A stretch of DNA of 64,000 nt, from the NCBI GenBank assembly GCA_024704765.1, contig JAKMXF010000307.1:1-64000 (forward strand), written 5' to 3'. The stretch's first letter is position 1. Each line of letters begins with the position of its first letter. The notes below the pieces were generated by a model. It had not been told where the DNA came from. It ran no database searches and saw nothing but the letters and a program-made list of their open reading frames with translations. Shown here in pieces: positions 12,382-21,633 of this stretch. The DNA is from Oopsacas minuta (Eukaryota > Animalia > Porifera). The translations under genes were made by a program, and so were the position numbers.

Positions 12382-12959
12382 GGATAATCGAAGGTATAAT
12401 TTAATAAGTATGTTTATTGCAATTTGTTCCCATTTACACAAGTAAATTATGTAAGGGCACGAGGAACAAGTTTGACAGATCACGGGCTGGGAGTTTTGCC
12501 TCCTATTCTCCCGTGGCGATGTCCTGAACAACATCCAGTAGTTCCAATTTATTAGCCGAAATATTGGAAGAATGTTTGCTTAATTACTTTTTTAAGTTAG
12601 AAGACAATGCAAATAGAAATTTACAAATGTAAGTCTGCTCTGGAGTAGATTTACATTTCCTTTGATACGCAACAAATCTACGTTTACGCAATAAAAACTA
12701 CATTTGATCCAGGTTTTAGTTTAAGGTTAAAAATTGGGCTATATACTTAGCAACGTATGTTGCTACATTTAAATAAATATCCGAATAAATTTAGTGAATT
12801 AATCCTTGTTAGTGTTCAGATTATCGAGTGACTGGGTGTATTGTATTCATTTACTACTCGGATTTTACGTGATACCTAGTATTAAGAAATAGACTATGAC
12901 TATATTTATGCATATATTACCAACATTCTAAGAATCTATTTATTAGAATGAAGTTTACA

Positions 12960-13530
12960 AATAATGAATTATATTGCGGCATATGACCTTCTAATTCCAC
13001 TTAGAATAAATCTCCAAATATCTTTCTTGTGTCTTCTCCGCCAACAAGCATCTATGAGATGGGTCTCGAGTAATTCAGGATTAGTTGTCTGTCCTCTTTT
13101 CTAGGCGTGTACATGAGTCACTGGGTCTACGAAATTCTTGAAGTGGTTCACTGTGTAATGGGTATATCCAGAGTTTGTGGATGGATAAACGTTTGGATAA
13201 TTGGCAAAGACTGGCTGTTGAGCGATCAGGTACAGTAACCCTAATTATATCACCTGTACCTCCCTCAACACCCCAAATACCCACTGGCCAGTTAACAGTC
13301 TCCCCCTATTATATTTTCGTTTGTCGAATTTGGATTCATCTAACGATATTGCCAGCACCTCCAATTGGTTGAGGGTTCAGTAATATTTCTTCCAACATAT
13401 ATTCCTCAACTAATATATATAACTAATATTAGACTTCATATGTGTTCTAAAAGTGGCTTCACAAATCGCAAACTATATAACATGATATTGAGGGAAAGAT
13501 TCCAGCGGTGCGAGGAGAATCTTATATTTA
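12960..13530 (-). pseudogene. Merlin DDE (ISXO2-like) transposase pseudogene
   Basis: PIGGAG..DESKFDKRKYNRGRLLTGQWVFG, VPDRSTASL, HYTVNHFKNFVDPVTHVH and CWRRRH, collinear with ORF 49918-50529. Confidence 0.85.
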
Positions 13531-14927
13531 TTTGTATTTGTTTAGTTAGTTCATGACCTCTCTTTGTAAAACACTATATAGGAAATAACATAAAATAAGT
13601 ATTCATAGAAATGCTTATCTTGTGAGACTAATATGGATAAGCAAAGTAAATACAAACAACGTTTATAGTGTATAATTTGTCTTCATTCAGTTATTGCATT
13701 TATACCTATAGACTTTGGCTTATAAAGTAAAATAATTGTAACTTTGTGAAATTTAGTCCGATTTTAGTGTTCTAAAGTGCTCTGTTCATTATTCCACGAG
13801 GTCTATGAAATCAAAATCACTTCTAGCGTGGATTAAAAAGGAATCACCTCCGGTACAAAAATATAGTTGTCCCAAAGGTGGTATATTAAATGGTTGCGTT
13901 TTCTCAACAGACCCTCAGGCTTTGTTATAACTGAAATTACATTCATTTACTCACTTCATTTTTTGTCATAAATTCTTGAAAATTAACACATTTAGATGCT
14001 TTTGAGAACTTACCAAGTTTTTGTCGGAATTTTAACTCTCAGTATCTTGTTGCTGTCATAAATTAGCTAATTCTCTTAGTTATTTCAGTCTTCGCGGCAA
14101 ATCGAAGTACTCATCTCAGGTTCTGCCTCTCTAATGCTTAGATATACTTCTAATTGGCTTATAGTTTTCTTAAGAAATATATTCCTCTCCCAAGCAACTC
14201 ACTAATTCGAAAGCTTAAGTCCCGTTCTATAGACAACTGCCGTGCACTTCAATTTCTTCGACTCAACATTATTGGGAATTATATTGCAATATTACTTGAT
14301 GAAATGCATCTCAAATCCCAAGTTCAATTTAGTGGGCATACATTGATTGGTTGTAATCCTGATTTGGAAATGTACACAAGCATATTGCACAGTGGCTTAA
14401 AATGGGAGTTAGTAAAGAATGCGTATTTTCATTTGAAATAGACATATATAATGTATTATCAGCATGTAGGTTAGCATATGCTAGGAATCATTTGATGCAT
14501 TCAAAATTTTTATAAGGTTTCTATATATCATGTTCTGACGTCATAGCTTACTGTTGAATTTTACTTTTCTTTAATATCTGATTGTATAACGATGTTAGCC
14601 CTATAAATTGTATTATTTGGGTATAATATATCATATCCATGGAAGCAATTATAACTGTTAGAATTTCAAAATTACTCATAATTTTATAAAATGATGTCAG
14701 ACACAATTTTGCTTTTGTACTTCATACTTCTAAATGCGTTTTTAGAATTTATTCATATCTTTTTGCTAATATATATGCCAATTCTGACAATTTTTGGATA
14801 AAAACAATAAGCACTTATATTAAGGGATATTTTATTGTATTATTTATTCACTAGCGTTCAGTAAACTACGTTGTTACAATATCGTATCAATAATAAGGCC
14901 CTTAATGATATTATCAATAGATGATTC

Positions 14928-16313
14928 TCATAAATCTGTTGCATTGTCTCTACAGCACTTAGCTCTCCGGGCATGACCGTGTTCTCCGCACTTTTCGCAC
15001 ACCACTGTCGATCGAGATTTCATTAACACAGGATCGCTTTCAAATGAGAGTCTGAGAAATATATCAATGACATTATCCTCGAAGGAAGTTTTCCTTGCTA
15101 GATGTTCCATATATTTCCTGATTAATTTGTTGCAGGCTTCGGATCCTTCTTCGCTAAAGCATTTCAATTCATACCCAAAGTTCATCTCTCTCAGTATTTC
15201 TTCAGAATAGGCTAGTAATTGATGTAAAGTCGGTGTAATGTTCACCCAAGGAAAGGATTGAAGAATAAGGAGATAGGTGTCTGTACAAAGGTTACCCAAT
15301 TCTTCTGTATTGATTTTTCTGTCTGAATTTATGATTCTCAGAATGAAAGATAATTGTGTGTGCAATTTACAAAGTGAGTCCCTATGATCAATCTTAACCA
15401 AAGACATTGCGCATTCAATAAACTTGGAGTCATTTGAAAAAGCTCTTCGAGCCACACCACCAGTGGAAGTAGTATCTTCTTTGAGGTCTGGTTGGTCAAT
15501 TCTTAGACCTGTTACGTCTTGAACTATGGTTCGCACATCCATCATAGAGTCTTTAATTTCTTTTGATGCTGGTGACCATGTGAGCTTGTTACAATTCAGG
15601 TGGTACACAAGTAAATTAAACCATCTAAAAATGCATGTATAGGAATGTAAGGGAGAAGCAGGTAGAATACCCATTGTTGATAATGGTTGGTGAGTCAGGT
15701 TAAATCTTTGATTCGTTGGTAATGAAAAGAAAGCATCAATGTCTTCCAGTTCTCCAAATAATTGAATTGCGTCTGAAATGTTTCTATTGATGGGATAGCC
15801 TTGCAAAATTAAATCACGATCTTTTAGTTCTTTCTGCGTTGCAGTACATAGTTGGCAACTCGCACCTCCTGCTCCTGAGAGAATACTTGCCACTTTACCA
15901 TCAAGCATTGATCAGACAACATCGACAAATATATGTTTATCATCGGCAAAATAGAAACCTTGGTGCTTCATTTGATCTGTTTCGGGATTGATGATATCTT
16001 TCATAAATTGGTGAATATGTCATGATTTTCTGTGGCAGCAAGAAGGAAAATTGGACGTTGGGAGAATGGAGAATTCGGGCAGTTGTTTTTCCAAAGTTCC
16101 ATTCCACTGAAATTGACAATGTGTATTGCTTTGAAGCAAAATAGGATGAACGATTTGGTAGACGTATCCGTATTTGGTTGATTATATACGGTGTGCTTTC
16201 CAGATCCATCTAAGCCATCAGCAATCTGAATCGGAGAGGAAAATTTTCATTTGAAGTGGACGGTAGAATGGACATAATTCTACAAAATGTATGGTGGACA
16301 AATTGAGCGTATG

Positions 16314-16370
<57 letters not shown>

Positions 16371-16904
16371 AACTGGGGCTGTAGGATTCGGGTATAGTTG
16401 AATCATACTTCGTAGTACTAAATTATTTCTATGATCTGCCACCCTCTGATATGTAGGAAAGTGAATTTCATTAGACAACAAAAGTTGTAATAGAGTATAC
16501 TTCCTCTTGCCAATCTCTAGTAGATCGAAAAGAAATAATGCCTTGCCCACATCCAATTCTTTGCTTTCGGATGCACGCCAAATTTACCAGAGAATTTCCC
16601 TGCACAATTGATTTAGATACCCTTGCAACTTCTCGATTGTCTTCTTCATTGCACAACAATTGCAAAGCAAGAGCTGCAATTGTAATTTCAGAAGTGTTTT
16701 CGATTACCGAGATGGACCTGATAGACTCAAGAACGAGATACGGGAACGCTGATGTTGCAATGAAAGATTGATAAGTTCTTTCTTTTGGTGCACCGACTTA
16801 GTTTTTTGGTGGGCTTGTGAAGCTATGAATAATTCTGAGCAAATTCCAGAATGCCACCAATCTCCATGCAAAGATTCAAGTTTAGCCTTTAGCCTGCTTG
16901 ACAT
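14928..16904 (-). pseudogene. RAG1-like transposase pseudogene (NBD-like region, D/D/E core, zinc ligands, CCHC tail)
   Basis: GLDGSG (first D, 16208-16210), WKNNCPNSPFSQRPIFL, MLDGK (second D, 15900-15902), CQLC, TTSTGGVARR, TPTLHQLLAY, FSEEGSEACNKLIR (catalytic E, 15138-15140), RLSFESDP, CEKCGEHGHARRAKC. The C-terminal 326 codons are open; the N-terminal half has several frameshifts. Confidence 0.92.
16315..16368 (+). repeat. (CA)27 microsatellite inside the RAG1-like coding region
   Basis: Perfect CA run of 54 bp. Confidence 0.97.
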
Positions 16905-19900
16905 CGTCTAATCCATGGAGATCGCTAAGATAACAGAGAGTTGTTTGGACGTAATTGCCATTTGCTTTCAGGATTCTCGCTAAATCGAGACGAGATTCGG
17001 AGGAAGTCATCGGAGCAATTGGTTCAGCCATTGATCACGGATAAACTATCTATGAGAAAATAAAGGTGTATGATTAAAAACATAAGTACACGTATATATG
17101 TTTAATTTTGTGCAGTAGTTTCCAAGAAGAATTAGGATCAGACGGGTATTCAATTACATAGTTACAGATATCCCTTTAGGAATTTCCATAGCAACGATTA
17201 AAGACGATGGAATGTGACCAAAAATCAAAGTTCCGCATTGTTTCGGGGCCTGTCATCTTCATATAACATAGCATAAATTGCAAACAACAACCGGTATTAT
17301 CTTCGCTTGGACGTTCCTTGACTTTTTTTCAGACACTCTCAAAATTTTATCGATGGAAAAATGGGATTCATTTTTTACCCTGGTATAACAATCCTTCACA
17401 TGAAAAGTACACAGTTTAGAATATATCTGATACAAAATTAGAAATCAGCATGCAAAATTGTCTAGGATAGATGAAACAATAGATCGCTAATATATTCTAT
17501 AAAGAATCAGAATCTTTGTGAAAATCTTTGATATTTTGAATTCTCCGAAACGATAAATTTCAGCATCAAAAACCACAAAGTTTCGATTCAAATTTACATA
17601 ACTAATAGGCTATCAAAAGATTCGAAAATTGGAATGGATGCAACTTGAATGTTTAGAAAAGCAAAGAAACCATAAAGGAATGAAAGCATTACTTTAAAAA
17701 ATTTCTTAATTCTCTACTACTAAGCCACTGTGTATTGTGCTCTATGGTCGTATCACTCATGAAGTCGATCCCATTCGTGATTTCAGTAGTACCTCTAGCT
17801 AAAACACAGGAGATATTGTTTATCAGAATTTGGATAAATGTTGTTATTACTAACACAATCTCTGTTCAGAATTAGAGCAATCGTTTCAGATAACCACCCA
17901 ACAATCGTGAATGCTTACACTCGTCTCCTAACGAATTACAAAGTTCAGGACAAAGATTCCAAGATCATTAACCCTTACTCTCCTGATGGTGTATTTATCT
18001 TCTCTTTGATAGCTGCAATCCGATCAAAAACATTAGAAATAATCTAGTGGCCATTAAATTTTTGATATTCCATCATTACACATTTTTTCTGCAAATATGA
18101 ATATTTACTTTCAATCAGAATTTGTACGGTGGTCCCATTTCATTCAATTTTCACGAGAAAGACTTAAGCTTATCTGCACATCTCCGTGCAGCATATAAGA
18201 TCAACTACTCTGTAGTTCATCCAGAAATAACAAGCAATTTGTTTCCTTAGCTCTTGCTATCAACGAATTAACTATAAGTGCCTTTCACTTATATCTTACT
18301 AAAGAGGAAGTTACTCCTGGATTTTTTAATCTTATTCGGATTTGGTGGCTCTTTATCAATTCGAAGGAACATTTTCACACTTTTAATCAAGGCGATGCTT
18401 TAGTTTCTAATGACTCTAAAAACAGAGTTCCTTTGTTCATTCAGTAATGGGCGAATTACTTGGCTGGGCTCGGGAAAATTTGGATTGTCTAAGCAACATT
18501 CGAACCCCTAATACAGACAAACTATGCCATCTCTGAATCATCTCTTGGCTTAATTTCAGGAGGATATGAATATGTATTAACTGGGCGTTTGCAAAATGAT
18601 CCACTTGAGAGGAGGTTTTCGTATTATCGGCACCTGAGTTGTGGACGGTTTTTGGTCAGTTTGCGAGAGGTGATCAAATCAGAGTCAATAATCAAATTGA
18701 ATCTCTCTTAATGTGAAATATTGACATCAGTTCTTTATCAACTACAACTCATTCTAATTCATCTATATATGACCTTGCAAGGAACATGCTCATTAATGAT
18801 TACGATTATTTACTGCTGAGTGATATTTCTCAACAGTTAGTCGTTTACATCTCTGGGTATATGTGTTTGAAGCTATCAGAACATACTCATTGTCCTGTCA
18901 GTTGAGCTCCTTGAACAACAATCTTATTTCTTCTGAATATATGAGCAACTTAAATCAAGGTGCTTTGACTCTAGCCTGTAATTCATTACGTCATTATGTA
19001 TTGAGTGTATTTGTTTATGCTTGAAGTTTCGGAGAAAGATGTTAGAAGTTCTAGATATCCTTAGAAATCTCTATCACAGATATTACTCAGTATAGCAACA
19101 GTTGTATGGGATTCTAGCTCTGCTTGTGTAGATCACTCAGAATATCCAAAAGAATTGTTAACAAAACCGTTTGCAAGATTTATTTAAATACATTAAGGAA
19201 ATAGGCCTGTGAAACTTGGCGTAAGGATCAAGTTACTGCGTTCAAGCGAAACAAATGACGTAAATGTCAAACTTAAGTGTGTTACAACAGTATATTATAT
19301 AATTAGCATATCCAGCTAATTTCTTTTCATGTATCACTCTTCACATCTATAAACGATGCACACCAATGGCTGTGCTTAAGACTATATACTGTATTTATAC
19401 GTTACCGTATACGTGTTGTAATGCTAATCTTGCTGTGTCATTGTAGTAACATTTAATGAGAAACCATTCTCTAAAATATTTAGGCGTTTCCGTCATATGT
19501 GGAAACCTATTTACACTTGAATATGTAATGATATCTGCAATTCTTCATGATTAAACAGAATATAATCAATGGCCTGAAAATTATTTTGCCAATTCTTTGC
19601 TTAGCAAGTCATGTATATAGTAAGCCATGTTTTAACATTTATATTGGTTAAGCAGTAGTTAATAATAGTATTTTTCGAAACAGTGCAATCACGTCATAAT
19701 TTCGTCATATATGTGGATTTTCTTCCAAGACTCAAACTTGTTCGAGTCAGGCAGGAAATACCCATATATTCCAAAATCAGCCCTGGGAACCTTCCAGTGT
19801 CTTCGAATAAATTGTGGACATACAAACATGCATATATGTTACAGTAAGATAGTGAAATCGGTAATTTTACGAAATCCCTGATTGTTTTGGGAAATTCATA

Positions 19901-19979
19901 TAATTACTAATTCACCCAGAGAGTTCAGGAATTTACTGAAATAATTAGGAAATTCACGATATTCCTAATTATAGACCCA

Positions 19980-21330
19980 CAGTCCCGGCAAAAAGTCTGG
20001 AGTATTGTTGATAAAATTCGAATATTCTAGTATTGGAACAAAAGGTTACAACATTATTGTTACAGAACATTGTTATAAACCTATGGTGGAATGGAAACAA
20101 TAGTTTCATCATTCTATAGCACGACAAATCAATATTTAATTGGATAACCCCTATCTTTTAGTACTTCCAAGATTCGTTTTGGCATAGATTTCGCTAAGTT
20201 TTCACAATGTCTTTTAGTGATTTCAGTTACCCAAACTTCCCGTATGGCCTTGATGAGAGCATTCATTGAGGCAGGATACCTAGCAGCAACCATTCGTTTT
20301 AGAACTGTCCAGCTATTTTCAATCACATTTAGATCAGGGCTGCTACCTGGCGAAACCAGGAGATCGATGTTTTTTTCAGAAAGCCAGTTTTGACAACTCG
20401 GAGTGTGCACTGGTGCACCATCTTGTTGAAAGATTTCGCACTCTAAATTGTTCATCATTGGTTCCAGGTTTTCTTTCAGAACATCTAAATACACTTTTGA
20501 TGTTATAGTTAAGTTTTTTTTGACATGATCCAAAGTGCTCCCTTACCTCTTCCGGACATGCAGCTTCATATCATAACAGATGGTGGAAATTTGACAGTTT
20601 GTATGGTGTATTTGGGATTGTACCTTTTATTAGGGGGCCTTCTCGCAAACTGTTTGGTTCCTGAAAATTGCACAATCTTCACTTCGTCACTGAACAATAC
20701 TTTCATCCATTGTTCAGCTGTCCACATTTTGTATTTTTTACAGAAGTTGAGGCGGTCTCGCAAATTTTTAGCAGAAAGGAGAGGCTTTTTCGCGGGTTTG
20801 AATGCTTTTAGATTCAATTTTATTTGTAAATTGTGTCTAAAAGTTCGAGCACTTATCTTTTGGTCAAATTTAATTCTGAAACAATATCAACAGAGGACAC
20901 AGTAGGGTCATCTTGAACTATGCGTTTAATTCGGGCATCAGTTCCTGGGGTGATTTTTAGTAGCCTTCCAGATCTCTTCCTAGACCTTAGATCACCTTCA
21001 AAATCTTTATTTCTTATTCTTTTGAGTGTCTTAGATACTGCACCTTGTGAGATATTAAGAGAAGTAGCAATATCCTTCTGTTTCATACACATGAGATCCA
21101 TTCGTTCAACCCTAGCTCTTTTCTTAGGTGGTAGTTCAGCCATCTTTCAATTGAAAGAACAAGAATAGCAAGTATTACCCAAGGTTTGGTCCAAATTACT
21201 ATATTAAGCAGGCTAATATTATCATCATTAATAATAGGAAGTAATTAGTAAATAATATTATCAGGCTATTCCTGCGTAAGTTCAATAAAATCGAAAAATA
21301 ATGAAATATTCCAGACTTTTGCCGGGACTG
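19980..21330 (-). mobile_element. Tc1 (DD34E-type) transposon inserted in the left Ginger TIR; transposase pseudogene 20129-21143
   Basis: TIR CAGTCCCGGCAAAA(A)GTCTGGA. Motifs: KRSGR linker, VLFSDE, FQQDGAPVH, SPDLNVIEN. The TA TSD has decayed to CA/GA. Confidence 0.93.
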
Positions 21331-21633
21331 GAGTTATTTCATTAATTTACTAAATGAAATGCCAGAATTATCACAAAAGCTCAATAAATGTGTGAAATAA
21401 ATAATACTTTTGAACATTCCGGTGTTTTCATTGATTCACCATAGCATGGCTTCCTGATTGTTGTTTCACACATGTGATAATTAGCTGTACAGCTGAAAGG
21501 TAAACATCTATTTTTGATGATAACCACTTATTCTTTGGATATCAAAAAACTTTTGGTTATGAATTTGATATATATACAAAAAGATTAAAATTTTATAATT
21601 ATCAACTCAAATCACTATTTCAAAAAATTGTAA

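Larger units (their letters stand above)
10088..13873 (-). mobile_element. Merlin (ISXO2/IS1595-like) transposon copy 1, about 345-bp TIRs
   Basis: Inverted arms 10088-10432 and 13535-13873. The termini cgtacaactat and gggacaactat (reverse complement) resemble the GGTACAACTAT terminus of copy 2. Merlin transposase remnant inside; no TSD recovered. Confidence 0.82.
14388..17732 (-). mobile_element. RAG1-like/Transib transposon with RSS-heptamer termini and 5-bp TSD
   Basis: TATTG|CACAGTGGCTTA ... TAAGCCACTGTG|TATTG. Removing the element and one TSD copy restores the host P transposase frame (YTSILCSMVV). Confidence 0.93.
10008..19200 (+). pseudogene. THAP-domain P-element-type transposase pseudogene in three pieces (10008-10087, 13874-14387, 17733-about 19200)
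   Basis: CSVVGCNSGY | KWLRFLNR..FIYSLHF (THAP); YSFLKKYIPLPS; ILLDEMHLK; YTSIL|CSMVVSLMKSIPFVISVVP (in frame once the 14388-17732 insert is removed); RAIVSDNHPT; YVLTGRLQNDPLERRFSYYRHLSCGRFLVSLREV. Confidence 0.88.
9449..19629 (+). mobile_element. P-superfamily transposon with long TIRs (Galileo-like), carrying nested Merlin, hAT and RAG1-like insertions
   Basis: About 205-bp inverted arms (9449-9655 and 19425-19629) start CAT(T/G)GCTTACTATATAC. Candidate 7-bp TSD ttatatc/ttttaac (5/7). A THAP + P transposase runs in three pieces between the arms. Confidence 0.8.
9290..19830. repeat. Dispersed repeat copy (9290-9448 + 19630-19830) interrupted by the P/Galileo-like element
   Basis: The joined flanks align with the uninterrupted copy at about 59620-59880 (gacatttg..attgaggg..aaattt..tatattgg..agcagt..tttcgaa..aagactc.aact..ccaaaatcagccct.gg..ccttccag). 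A further inverted copy lies at about 43880-44020. Confidence 0.6.

Noticed and set aside
14395-14430. True 12/23 RSS with nonamer
   Set aside because: At 12- and 23-bp spacing the sequences are agttagtaa/aatgcgtat (left) and agaattaag/atttttaaa (right), none resembling ACAAAAACC.
14400-14927. RAG2-like gene downstream of the RAG1-like ORF
   Set aside because: Only about 530 AT-rich bases with no long frame and no kelch- or PHD-like pattern.
16218-16556. Cys-rich VCVCVC protein domain
   Set aside because: It is the translation of the (CA)27 microsatellite.
14928-16904. Domesticated host RAG1 gene
   Set aside because: Frameshifted, bounded by TIRs and a TSD, inserted inside another transposon, and the motifs differ from vertebrate RAG1 (DGK rather than DEK).
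20525-20905. Antisense ORFs over transposases (also 4377-4604, 29356-29682, 32805-33077, 56420-56644, 58855-59079)
   Set aside because: These are shadow frames of recognisable transposase coding sequence on the other strand or in another frame.
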